From Macrostomum lignano (taxonomy: Eukaryota): a stretch of 64,000 bases of DNA. Each line of letters opens with the position of its first letter. Positions within the stretch are counted from its first letter, which is position 1. The notes below the pieces were generated by a model. The model was not told where the DNA came from and made no database searches. It was given only the letters and a program-made list of their open reading frames with translations. Location: assembly GCA_002269645.1 (NCBI GenBank), contig NIVC01001424.1, positions 62,001-126,000 on the forward strand, read 5' to 3'. The translations under genes were made by a program, and so were the position numbers. Positions 12,352 to 23,762 of this stretch are shown in pieces.

Positions 12352-13467
12352 TCAGCCACGCAGAAAGTACACTCCGATGGTGCTGTTAAAGCTGGCAGGC
12401 GGGTAGGCGAACCTCAGCAAGTAGCAGAGACGCTGCTGGGCAGCGAAGATCAAGGCTGGACAGGCCTCGCACAGGGACAGGCACTCGAATACTGTCTCGG
12501 CAGTTCTGATCCAGTGCGTTGGTTTCGTGGATTCGACAGTCAAAGTAGGCAGGCTCTGCTTAGTGAAGAGGTTTTTCTCTGGAATAATAATGCGCGTCGC
12601 TTGTATGTTGAGGTCGTTTCAGACATTTCTTAAGTCAGCGCCCCCCCCCCCTGCAGATACCAGATTCGCAATGGAAATACAAAGGCTGAAGTTGAGTCTG
12701 CACTGTGCAAACTCTGCCACCAGCAACTGAAGGAGGGGGAATTCAGTTTGCGTTTTCACTACAAAATAACTTACATGACCTTTATTTAACCTTTTATCCA
12801 GAAGAAAAAAATTGATCATCGAACAGAGAAAATACGAGTACATTGTTAATTTTTCAATTTTCAAAAATAATGCATTGTTAACGATAGGCGACAAAGTGAC
12901 TACCTAAACTCTAACAAAACTGTACCATTAACCAAACACAAAACCTAACCTAAAACCTAACCTAAACCCTATCCCAAACCCTTATCTAAACCCTAACCTA
13001 AACCGCCGGCAGTCAAAAGCCTGAATCCCCAGTAAAGCAACTTCGCTCACCCGGGTAGGTCAGTGCGTACACCGAACTGCGCCAGGAGGCTCCGCACATT
13101 CGACCTGGGTTGCCGCGGCAGGGAGTGTTGCAGTCGGTCTCGCTGGCCGGTCCCAGCGATCCATAAGAGGTGCCGCACATGCACTGCGACCCAGTCTGCA
13201 CTCCCAGGTAGGGAAATCCACCGAGCGAGCAGACTTCGGCGCAGTACTCGGGCGTCATCAGGGAGCCGCTGCTCACCAACAGACTAAAAACGGTGGTGAA
13301 GGTTCCAATTCTGGTGACTCCAATTGGATGCCAGTGAGGTCTCTTTTCGAGCCATCCTTAAAGCAGCCAAGGTACGACAGTCGGACCGCTCTGGAGTCCG
13401 CACAGGATGTCAGCAGAGCAGTGCACAGTGCCAGAGCCACAAGAGTAACCAATTTGGACTGTTGCAT
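12352..13467 (-). pseudogene. WSC + PAN-like paralog G4 (exons 13467-13051, 12578-12352), frameshifted in exon 1
   Basis: Signal peptide, YLGCFKDGSKRDLTGI, a frameshift at ~13320-13330, then GVTRIGTF...YCAEVCSLGGFPYLG...YPG|gtgag. Exon 2 EKNLFTKQSLP...ECLSLCEACPALIF..QRLCYLL lacks the SAD tripeptide. The frameshift could be a sequencing error. Confidence 0.75.
12905..13003. repeat. Degenerate (CCTAAA/CCTAAC)n tract inside the G4 intron
   Basis: aacctaacctaaaacctaacctaaaccctatcccaaacccttatctaaaccctaacctaaacc. Confidence 0.75.
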
Positions 13468-14097
13468 TGCTCCGCAAATAACTCTTTCGAACTCAACTTC
13501 TACGAATGCAACGGAATAGCTCGTATTGAGAAACTTTCTTCCTATCTTTTCTCGTGAGAAGTTATGCTCTCTAATTGTGTATGGCGCAAGGCTCAGTTTT
13601 ACCTAAACAGCCTCTCTGAGGGCTTCTTCCTCAAACAGGAAAATAGTAAAAAAACCTTGGCTTTTGTCAATATTCTTCACACCACATTGGAGCAGCTGTG
13701 AGTCTCCTGAACTCTCCCAAGGCATTGTTTGAGTTTTCAGGTGTTTGCAGGTGTTAGGATTAAATAAAATCGTTTTTACATAGCGACAGTCGAAAGCTGG
13801 TAAGACTCTCCCATGCTGACCCCGGAATTGTTAGCTGAACGCTGCATCTAAGTTTTCATGCCGATTAAGAAAGTTTTTGACAATTTCCCTGGAAATTTTT
13901 GAGACAAAAATATGCTAGTGGGAAGTCTGAGTCATTTGACCATGCAGCTGACTTTTCTGAGACCCCTTGTAGGCATTACTTAAGAGATGTAAAATCACAT
14001 CGGGCTACTCATGAAAAGGTTATCTGTAAAATGGACAGTTCTTTTCTTGACTTAAATTTCGTATCTATCTCTAACAACCCACGTGTGAAGCAGTGGA

Positions 14098-14430
14098 AAT
14101 TTGTCTATGGGCATTTGTCTATGGGCATTTGTCTATGGGCATTTGTCTATTGGCATTCGTCTATGGGCATTTGTCTATGGGCATTTGTCTATGGGCATTT
14201 GTCTATGGGCATTTGTCTATGGGCATTTGTCTATGGGCATTTGTCTATGGGCATTTGTCTATGGGCATTTGTCTATGGGCATTTGTCTATGGGCATTTGT
14301 CTATGGGCATTTGTCTATGGGCATTTGTCTATGGGCATTTGTCTATGTGCATTTGTCTATGGGCATTTGTCTATGGGCATTCGTCAATGGGCATTTTTCT
14401 ATGGGCATTTGTCTATGGCTATTTATCTAT
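14098..14430. repeat. 14-bp minisatellite (GGGCATTTGTCTAT)n
   Basis: ~23 tandem copies; the source of the spurious MGICLWAFVYGHLS ORFs. Confidence 0.97.
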
Positions 14431-15243
14431 GGTTGATGTTCACGTGATTCTGGCTTCCCTTAGGCCGCCTACCAAAACTGAGCAGAATGCTATTCTAAAC
14501 TTTTAAAATATATTTTAATTTATCACTACAATTTACACCATCTATAGTAGTTCAAATGGGAAATAGTGTTCTAAAATGATTTTTTTAGCTAATTGAGTAA
14601 AATAGGTAAGTCAATAGGAGTGATATTTTTCGTGCAGTTGCAACGTAATTCTCTATTTTCTAATCCCTAACTATAGTAGAGTCACGTATGCCCTGCCAGC
14701 AGACGTCTTTCTAAATGTGCTGTCATCTCAGCCCCTGGGGCAGAGTAGGTCTGACTCCAGCGCAGCGAGCTCTGGGTTCGATTCTTTCGATTCTGCAAAA
14801 TCTTTAGAAGTCTGCTTACTGTTGATTCCTCTCCAGAAACTAGTTGACAGCCGAAAACTTGGAAGCCAGAAACAAGTTAAAGCAATTCTATTAGTACAAA
14901 GTCAAGTATCCATGGTATTGGTTTATAGTTAAAAAATGTTCAATCCAGCATTGCAATAACTGTGCTGGATTGCTTCGTATTGAGAGCTGATTGAGTAGAA
15001 AATCGATTACCCAGCTGACCTTTGAATTACAGGAGAGTACGAATCAAGTCTTTCCTTCGTCAGGCTGAACGAAAAGCAACCACTGAGCCAGGGACCAACA
15101 CCGTAATGAACTGGCATAGAGACCTTCACTTGCACCAGAAAGCAGTCCTTCATGCACATGGTAAATTACTCACAGTTTCACTTTTGAAAATCCAAAACAT
15201 AGCTGGGCACAAAAAACTGCAGCTGGAAAGTCTACCGCCCACT

Positions 15244-15703
15244 TGACTTACTTGACTTAGCTAAAGGGGCCTCCGTGCATCCGGATGCAGCGAGGAGGCG
15301 TTGCCGGTGGTGCCGGTGTCCGCAGCGCGGTCCCCCTCCGAAGAGTCCAGGAGGTGGATGGTCGCTCGCCCGGTAGCCCTTAGGTAGCGTCGGAGAGGTC
15401 CGGGTTTGGGCCGAGATAGGTGAGCCTGTCCTGGTGAAGGCGGGGCATTCTCGACACCAGAGAGGCAGAAAGGGCATTCCTCGCTACAGATTTTTCCCTG
15501 GAGGTAACGATGCCTGGCAAGCAGCCATGACCTGAGACCACCCTGATGTCACCGCCCTGATGTCCCTGCGGCTGAGTCCAAGCAGGGCCCTGCGCAGGGG
15601 AGGAATTAGGGACAGGGGACAGCCGCGCGGGATTGCCTGCAGTCGGAGGCATTAGCCCACCTCTCCCTGTGCTTTGAAGCCATCCACTGGCTGATCCGAG
15701 TCC
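15244..15703 (-). mobile_element. 5'-truncated LINE fragment with a 10-bp TSD
   Basis: accgcccact is duplicated at 15234-15243 and 15704-15713. The 3' tail is ctaagtcaagtaagtcaagt. The remnant RLTYLGPNPDLSD is homologous to the 17697-18110 copy. Confidence 0.8.
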
Positions 15704-15759
15704 ACCGCCCACTGGTTATTTAACAAATTCTCAAATTCCTTCAAAATTTTAGGCTTAGA

Positions 15760-15985
15760 TACTCCAAAGTTTAATGCTTGACAGCGAGCTCAGCCGCGCA
15801 CAAAGTAGTCTCCATCGATGCTGCTCAGACTGGCAGGCGGGTAGGCGAACCTCAGCAGGTGGCACAGGCGCTGCTGGCCAGAGAAAATCACAGCCTGGCA
15901 GTCAGCTGAGGCCTCGCACAGCATCAAAAACTCGGCCTTGATTTTGGCAGCGATGGTCCAGTAGGTGCTCTGGGTGGACTCTAAC
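15760..15985 (-). pseudogene. Orphan PAN-like exon plus 3' flank (inverted partial duplicate of G6/G7 exon 2)
   Basis: ESTQSTYWTIAAKIKAEFLMLCEASADCQAVIF...DGDYFVRG* and the 3' flank match G6; there is no WSC exon, and the first PAN Cys is changed to Phe. Confidence 0.85.
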
Positions 15986-16333
15986 TTTATTATAACATTG
16001 TTCACTCTAAAAATGCACGAAATTTAGGAGCTAAGCGCAATTTACAGATGGCATGTAACTGTAAATCAACTGACCTGCACTTTAGGGTTGGGGTCAGGGA
16101 TAACTGACCCCGTTAGGTTTTATGTGGGTTGTCAATCTAGTCTACTCACCGATGGTCTCGATAACTTTATGAAATTATTTTAATAATGTATTTTTAATGC
16201 TAGATAGGTTACTATGAGCAGTACCCTGAGCACATTACGAAATATCTGATTACGCAAAAATCTTTCCTAAAAAACGACTATAAAAGCCCTACGAGGAAAC
16301 ACTTCCTAGCAGCTCCCTTCCGCCAAGCCCAAA

Positions 16334-17066
16334 ATGCTCAAGACGATTTCATTTTTTACAAACTTTGCTGTTCTGGTTGTTAGCATTTCTGGCAGGGCAA
16401 CTCAGGTGTCCTACATTGGCTGCTTTGTGGACAATGAGACCAGAGATCTGAGAGGACTCACTGGAGTGAGCAGAATCGGACAGTTCAGCATCGAAAGCTT
16501 CACGCTGAGCAGCCTTAATATGACACACGAGCTCTGCAGCAGCGTCTGCTCTCTGGGCGGCTTCCCGTACTTCAGTGTGCAGGCCAATTATCATTGTTTC
16601 TGCGGCAGCTCCTACGGGTCTCTCGGAACTGCAAACGAGACCGACTGCAACGGCGTCTGCGGTGGAAACGGAGCTCAAATGTGCGGAGCCTCGTGGCGAA
16701 ACTCAGTCTTCGCCCTAACCTACCCGGGTGAGTGAGCTCAGTGTGAGCAGTTCTGATTTTACCTCTATGTTTTAAGCGTCTTTAAGTAGAATTTATGATC
16801 AACTCTAACAGAAATTTTCTACACTTTCAGGCAAAAAGTATTTTGAGCAGACGCAGATGCCAAACTAGACGGTGGAGTCCACCCAGAGCACCTACTGGAC
16901 CAGCGCTGCCAAAATCAAGGCCGAGTGCTTGATGATGTGCGAGGCCTCAGCTGACTGCCAGGCTGTGATTTTCTCTGGCCAGCAGCACCTGTGCCACCTG
17001 CTGAGGTTCGCCTACCCGCCTGCCAGTCTGAGCAGCACCGATGGAGACTTCTTCGTGCGAGGCTGA
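16334..17066 (+). pseudogene. WSC + PAN-like paralog G6 (exons 16334-16727, 16831-17066) with an in-frame TAG in exon 2
   Basis: Intact signal and WSC exon with a YPG|gtgagt donor. Exon 2 reads GKKYFEQTQMPN*TVE (TAG at 16866-16868, where paralogs have CAG). Either a pseudogene or a WSC-only protein. Confidence 0.82.
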
Positions 17067-17189
17067 GCTCGCTGTCAAGCATTTAGCGTTGGAGTAACTC
17101 AGCCTAGCTTCTAGACGATACGCTCGTACAGAACATTTGGAACGGATTTAAAAATTTTAGTTTTAGACACAGCCATATGTAAAAGACTT

Positions 17190-17690
17190 AATGAAACTGT
17201 TGGAATGTATACCATGGATAAGGACTTTAACACCTTCATTGAACACTTTGACCTTGTAACTCGCGAAAACGGACTACTACAAAATCTAGAAAAGGCACTT
17301 CTTCTTCCTCCACTGCTAGAAGGTACTGCTCGAAAAATTTATGGCAAACTAAATGCTCCTGCCCAGCAATTCGCCAGATGTGGAACCAATCTATCTGTGC
17401 TTCTACACAAACTTCATTATCGAAAAATGAGTCCGACGGAATCCTAGCTTCCAATTACCTTCGTCGATGATGTTCGCAAAATTATTAAAGCGTTGCAATT
17501 GCACCAGCCACCACCACCGAACCCATGAGCTCAACCTATCGGACCAGCAAAACTAGCTGCACGAGAAAGACAACGCCTTGCTGATCGAGAACAAAGCCTA
17601 ATCCTCCAAGTCATTAATAATGCTCAACCTTGTCTGCGAGACAGGTTGTTAAGAGAAACTATTGAGACAGAGGAACAGAAAGTTGAGAAG
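17190..17690 (+). mobile_element. Decayed LTR-retrotransposon gag-like fragment
   Basis: FNTFIEHFDLVTRENG..KALLLPPLLEGTARKIY...LHYRKMSPTES*...FVDDVRKIIKAL resembles retrotransposon gag; it contains stops. Confidence 0.5.
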
Positions 17691-17696
17691 CAAGTT

Positions 17697-18110
17697 CCCC
17701 ACGGGGCGCTTGGCTGCTTCTCTCGCCACCGCTTCCTTCAGGGCCAAGTACCCGAGGAGCGGTGCCCCTTCTGCCGCTCAGGCAGTGAAAACGCCGAGCA
17801 TTTTATCTGCCACTGCCCGGTTTTCACCAGGGCCCGGCTTACTCACCTCGGGCCAAACCCGGTTCTTTCCGACGTTTGCAGGCCCGAGAGCATCCCGCTG
17901 CTCGCCCGGTACCTCAGGGACACCGGACGAGCTGATTTCTTCCCCACCGTCGGTGAGGAGGACCGCGCTGCAGGCGAGACCGACGGGTCCCCCTGAGCGA
18001 CACCACTTCAACGGAAGTCGTTGGTCGCCAGGGGCTAGCGGAATGGGCGGTCTCCTCCGTCTCCTCGCTGCATCCGCCGGACGCCCCCTGCAGCTAAGTC
18101 AAGTAAGTCG
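17697..18110 (+). mobile_element. 5'-truncated LINE 3' end (C-terminal CCHC knuckle)
   Basis: CPFCRSGSENAEHFICHCPVFTRARLTHLG followed by the tail ctaagtcaagtaagtc; same family as 15244-15703. Confidence 0.8.
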
Positions 18111-18489
18111 GGGCGCTATCACAAACCCTAAAAATCACATTCTCTAAAAGCAACCTACATCACAAACCCTAAATATCATAACCCCTAAATATCACATTCT
18201 CTAAATTCCAAAATTCCAAATTCCAGATATTTAGGGGGTTATTGTATTTAGGGTTTGTGCAGCTGATGTGTCTTGTAAAATTATAGATTCAATTGTTTAA
18301 GAATTTACGTACTTAGCTCGTATGCTCTTTTTCCATCAGATGCTACTTGAAGTATAATTCAACATGACCAATACCACGCGCTGCTCATAAAAATATGTAA
18401 ATACCTCGTACACTATTCCTCTACCTACGGTTCTAGGTGCTACATCTATTATCCTTACAAGAAATTAAAAATGAACTCTTCCAATACGT

Positions 18490-19940
18490 TAACGATATGG
18501 TCCTTCACCCATGCCCCATTGACTGTACAACGCATTGGAGCAGCTGCGGATCTCCTGAACTCTCCCAAGGCTTGGGTTTGAGTTGTCAGGTGTTGGCAGG
18601 TGTTTAGGGATAAAAAATGTCGTGCTACATAGCGGCAGTCAAAAGCTGGTAAGACTTTCGCCCGCACGCAGACCCCGGAATTGTTTGCTGAACGCTGTTT
18701 CATGCCAACTAAGAAAGTTTTAGACAATTTCCTAACTTTTCTGAAACACCTTTTAGGCCTTACTATAGAGTTGGAACCATTATAGACAGATGTAGAAGTA
18801 TATTGGGCTACTCATGAAAAGGTTATTGAGGCCGTCCTATTCATGGCATCTCTTTGAAATTTGAGCACAAATCAACTACATGGTCTATAGGCATTTTTCT
18901 ACAGGCATTAGTATACGGGCATTTGTCTAATGGGCATTTGTCTATGGGCATTTGTCTATGGGCATTTGTCTATGGGCATTTGTCTATGGGCATTTGTCTA
19001 TGGGCATTTGTCTATGGGCATTTGTCTATGGGCATTTGTCTATGGGCATTTGTCTATGGGCATTTGTCTATGGGCATTTGTCTATGGGCATTTGTCTATG
19101 GGCATTTGTCTACGGGCATTTGTCTATGGACATTTGTCTATGGCTATTTATCTGTGGATGATTTTTACGTCATTCTGGCTTCACTTCGGCCGCCTATCAA
19201 AACTCAACACAAACCTGAACAAATGGAATGAAAAAAATCACGCAGGTAAATACTTATTCAACATGCTCTACATAATCTAAACTTAAATTTAAATATTTTT
19301 ATTACTACAATCTATATTACTTATAATAGTTTAAACGGGTAACGCGATTATCTAAAGTCACGTGTGCCCTGCCAGCTTCCAACTTTCCGCACAGCATGTA
19401 CTTTTATCTCAGCCCCGGGGGCAGAGCCGGTCGCCTGTACGAAATGCGTCTGGCTCTAGCTCAACGAGTTCCTGGGCTCGATTCCGTGAGCAGCCACATT
19501 CTGTAGAATCTTAAAAAAGCTGCTTAGGGTTTATTCCTCCCAGAGAAACTGGTTGACAACAAAAAACGCAAAACACTGCTTTGCAATTACAGAGTCAAGC
19601 AGCCATAGCATTGTCTTATTGTTGACAAAATGTTCAATTGCTTTGCATTGAGAGCTGATTGAATAGAAAATTGCTGTAACCCGAAAGACTTTGAAATTAC
19701 AGGAGAGGAAAATAGAATTCTTGTTTTCTACCAGTTGAACCAGTTTTTTACCCTAAATATTTTAAGAGGGAACAAAAATTCCAGACTGAACGATAAGCAA
19801 CCTCTGAGCTAGACACCAACACCGTAGTTGACTGGCATTGAACTTTACTCACTATTACATTTTTTTAAAGCCCACAAAACCTAGAAACACAACACTTCAG
19901 CTGGAAAGTCAACCGGTTATTTAAAAAATTCTTTCAAAAG
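18490..19940. repeat. Segmental direct duplication, copy 2 (partner ~13590-15740)
   Basis: Same collinear blocks as copy 1, but without the LINE insertion present at 15244-15703. Confidence 0.8.
18915..19150. repeat. 14-bp minisatellite (GGGCATTTGTCTAT)n, second array
   Basis: ~16 tandem copies inside duplicated segment 2. Confidence 0.97.
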
Positions 19941-20629
19941 TTCGTCTCTTCCTCTGCCTTCTTACAGCTCCACAACAACGTAAGGATAAAAACAGCCAAG
20001 CAAAGAGACGATAAAACTGAGCAATGAGAGATGTCCTGAGATCACTTCTCAAAATCCATACCGGTATAAAGAAGAATTACCATAGTAACCACTCGAGACT
20101 GATTGCATCCGACTCAGATAGCTAGTAGCACATATGAACTACTCTTTTGTTGCAATGAATTGAGTAGTATGACATTCTTGCTTTCAATTTGTAGCGCCTG
20201 GACAACAGATTGCGTATTCTGTGAAGATTCTGTGTTTGCAGATCCCCCTGGCAACGGGACGAGATCGGGCCGGCCGGGAGACAGCTTAGACGACAATGGA
20301 TATGGCCCCGGACCCCGGAGATGAGCAGCAGAACGCACAGTTGACGGGAAATTGACGATAAGTTCAGCGAGAGACAGAAACCCAGGAAAGGGAGCGCCGC
20401 ATCAAACTCAACCAATGCTTTAAACTCGCCACTCCACCGCCCCTGCGAGGGCAGAGCGCTCTGGGGCTGCGTCCTTAACCAGAGGCGTCGCCAACGGGAG
20501 GGGGGACAGGGGGACATGTCGCCTCCAGTAAAAGATCTGAGGGGACATGCCAATGCTTTGTCCCCCCACCCCTACCTTGTGGCCCGTTGTGAAAATCAAT
20601 AACAATTGCTGCATGGTGACAAAATAGCG

Positions 20630-21500
20630 CCTGCGGCGCTGAAATGAGTGCCTGCGGCGCTGAAATGAGTGCCTGCCGCGCTAAAATGAGTGCCTGCGGC
20701 GCTAAAATGAGTGCCTGCCGCGCTAAAATGAGTGCCTGCCGCGCTAAAATGAGTGCCTGCGGCGCTAAAATGAGTGCCTGCGGCGCTGAAATGAGTGCCT
20801 GCCGCGCTGAAATGAGTGCCTGCCGCGCTAAAACGAGTGCCTGCCGCGCTAAAATGAGTGCCTGCCGCGCTAAAATGAGTGCCTGCGGCGCTAAAATGAG
20901 TGCCTGCCGCGCTAAAATGAGTGCCTGCGGCGCTAAAATGAGTGCCTGCGGCGCTGAAATGAGTGCCTGCGGCGCTAAAATGAGTGCCTGCGGCGCTAAA
21001 ATGAGTGCCTGCGGCGCTGAAATGAGTGCCTGCGGCGCTAAAATGAGTGCCTGCCGCGCTAAAATGAGTGCCTGCGGCGCTAAAATGAGTGCCTGCCGCG
21101 CTAAAATGAGTGCCTGCGGCGCTAAAATGAGTGCCTGCCGCGCTAAAATGAGTGCCTGCCGCGCTAAAATGAGTGCCTGCGGCGCTGAAATGAGTGCCTG
21201 CCGCGCTGAAATGAGTGCCTGCGGCGCTGAAATGAGTGCCTGCAATGCTAAAATGAGTGCCTGCCGCGCTGAAATGAGTGCCTGCGGCGCTGAAATGAGT
21301 GCCTGCAATGCTAAAATGAGTGCCTGCAATGCTAAAATGAGTGCCTGCAATGCTAAAATGAGTGCCTGCAATGCTAAAATGAGTGCCTGCAATGCTAAAA
21401 TGAGTGCCTGCAATGCTAAAATGAGTGCCTGCAATGCTAAAATGAGTGCCTGCAATGCTAAAATGAGTGCCTGCAATGCTAAAATGAGTGCCTGCAATGC
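20630..21500. repeat. 21-bp minisatellite GCT(G)AAAATGAGTGCCTGC(CGC/GGC/AAT)
   Basis: ~41 copies; the unit is a multiple of 3, which explains the 311-340 aa repeat ORFs. Confidence 0.97.
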
Positions 21501-21821
21501 CGATTCCGAAAATAATGTAAGTAGTATGCATGAGGGGGCTTCCAGGACAATTTTTGTTAAATCTCCCCTTAGATCAACATCTACTAAGATTTATTCATAC
21601 ACAATGCGCTTACATCTAAAATCAGCTATCACAATGCAATACCTACAACCACTCATCTAAGGGGGATAAAAAAGTCACCCACCCCTTCCATAAAACAACC
21701 TAATCCCATTTAGATCGACATCTACTACGATCTATTCATATGCAATGCACTGACAGTTATAATCAGCTATCACCATGCAATACCTACACCTGTTTATCTT
21801 AAATGGGAAAACTAGTCGATT

Positions 21822-22007
21822 CCATAATCGATTCTAGCTAGCATGACTAAGCATTTTTTAGCCTGAACTGAACTGCGCATAACCATAATCGATTCTAGCT
21901 AGCATGACTAAGCATTTTTTAGCCTGAACTTAACTGCGCATAACCATAATCGATTCTAGCTAGCATGACTAAGCATTTTTTAGCCTGAACTGAACTGCGC
22001 ATAACCA
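21822..22007. repeat. Three tandem 61-bp repeats
   Basis: ccataatcgattctagctagcatgactaagcattttttagcctgaactgaactgcgcataa at 21822, 21883 and 21944. Confidence 0.95.
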
Positions 22008-22039
22008 AGGCTCCTCAACCACAACCGCTACTGAACTAC

Positions 22040-22442
22040 CTAAACCATCCTTAGACTTAAAATAATTTCCTTGTAGCTCATTCTGGTTTTCGTCATCGCA
22101 TATAAAAAAGTCATGCACAGCTCTCCACAGGTGTCACTGTTAAGATCTTGAAGTATAAAGTCTAAGCGGTAAATTTTTGCCCTTTAAAGTAATTTCTCAA
22201 TTCTTCAGGTGGGGCTGTTCCATAGCTATCAAAGTAGTATTATGTATGCTTGCGATCAGGATCAATCAACCAACAGACCCAATGAGAACCTGGTTTGTCA
22301 AAAGTGTCAAAGTTCATGATACCGCATTCCTTTTTTATGGTATTGATTGATTTTGGAAGCGTATCTCTCATAAAGACCCCTCGGAAGCTTGGAATATCTC
22401 AAATTCATTAGCTAAATCTTGAAGAAAAGTATACGTTGTCAT
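22040..22442 (-). pseudogene. Polinton/Maverick adenain-like cysteine protease relic
   Basis: FRGVFMRDTLPKS...ECGIMNFDTFDKPGSHWVCW...YYFDSYGTAPPEE...QDLNSDTCGELC: adenovirus-protease-like His/Asp/Gln/Cys motifs, with stops and frameshifts. Confidence 0.8.
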
Positions 22443-22459
22443 TTTTAGATTTTATTAAA

Positions 22460-23200
22460 TAAAAACCTTTTTCTCGCCACCTCCAATGACCAAAGGGTAG
22501 ACTTTCAATGTTGCCATCTAAGACAAATCGTTTGTTGTCTGCACCTGAAAGACCAATCTTCTTTCTTTGAATTGTATAAACTACGAGTACATGGTCTTCT
22601 GACTGCAGTTTGGAGAATTTTGCCAGGCCAGGTCTCTATATTCGACTTCTTTTAACTCATTTTGAACTACATGCTTGGGAATACCTTTCGATCTTTTAAT
22701 AGGTTCTGAGTCCTCACATTTTATAAAGTAGGACTTTGCCCTCAGACCGATGAATTCGCTGATGATGTCCCCAGCCTTTTCATCTTTCATTTTCCCTAGG
22801 ATTTTTTTATTTTGGGTGGAAAGTCAGAGAAGTAGTTATGCAGTTCTGTTGGGATCTCTACATCCACCTCATAAATTGCAGGTGCTGAGAAGTCCCATTC
22901 AATTTTTTCAAGCCACCTGAAATTTCCAACGGGTAACTCCTGATTCATTGCCCAACCATGGAGATTATTAGCATCTAGGTAGCTAATATAATTTAAGGGT
23001 TGTTCCTTATTATAATCTTCAATGTAGGGGTTATTCGCTTTAGCATGCCTATGGAGGACACAGACAGAGATGCCCCCTCTTTTCGAACTTTCGACAAAAT
23101 TGTACATATCTATATCCGTTAAGAGTTCAATGTACCAATCTGTATCTTGATCCCATTTCATTTTCAACAATGATTCCCAGCTAGTGACAGGCAAAGACAC
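22460..23200 (-). pseudogene. Polinton/Maverick protein-primed DNA polymerase B relic (internally deleted)
   Basis: IELLTDIDMYNFVESSKRGGIS..AKANNPY...YLDANNLHGWAMNQELPVGNFRW; then KMKDEKAGDIISEFIGLRAKSY..KRSKGI; then KKIGLSGADNKRFVLDGNIESLPFGH. These are pPolB motifs with the middle missing. Confidence 0.85.
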
Positions 23201-23762
23201 AAAATGCGCAGGGAAGAAGTTTATCCAAGAAGTTTAACCAAGAAGTTTAGCATTATGAGCAATTGTAATAACCATCCTGAGAAGCTTTGCTTAGTGTAGA
23301 ATTCTGACACTGTCCATCCGTAAACTAAACCATTGCTGATCGAGACGGGAGTCAGATCCTCTTCCTATGAGACACTGCACAAACGACTGCCACCCAATAG
23401 CCGTGGCTTCCCCAAGCGTTGATTCCCAAAGCAGCTAGCGGGAAAATGAAAGCCCCAGCAGTCAGAAACAATAGCAGCTGAGACTGGGGTGGGTGGTGGG
23501 AGCCTGGGTCATGGCTTAGAAGAGTTCTCTTTCTCTCTGTGGCTAAGAGCCGCCCCTGAGTCAGTCTAGTAGCAAAATCCCCTCCCCTAGTTGATCATTG
23601 CCATTGCTTCCATCCCCGAACAGCCACCCCTGCCGGCGCCCCAACCCCCAGGTTCTCAATCTGCATCCGCGCCGCTCCCGGGATTCTGGGCCACCGACGC
23701 AGGTTTCAACTCCGCTTCATTGTCGCCTAATTGCCACAGGAATCGCTGAATACGCTGCCAAA

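Larger units (their letters stand above)
13590..15740. repeat. Segmental direct duplication, copy 1 (partner ~18490-19940)
   Basis: Collinear shared blocks: cattggagcagctg..ctcctgaactctcccaagg, the 14-bp satellite, gccctgccagc..ctcagccc..gggcagag, accaacaccgta..actggcat, and cagctggaaagtc.acc. Confidence 0.8.

Noticed and set aside
12905-13003. Telomere or interstitial telomeric array
   Set aside because: Short, degenerate and intronic; not a regular TTAGGG tract.
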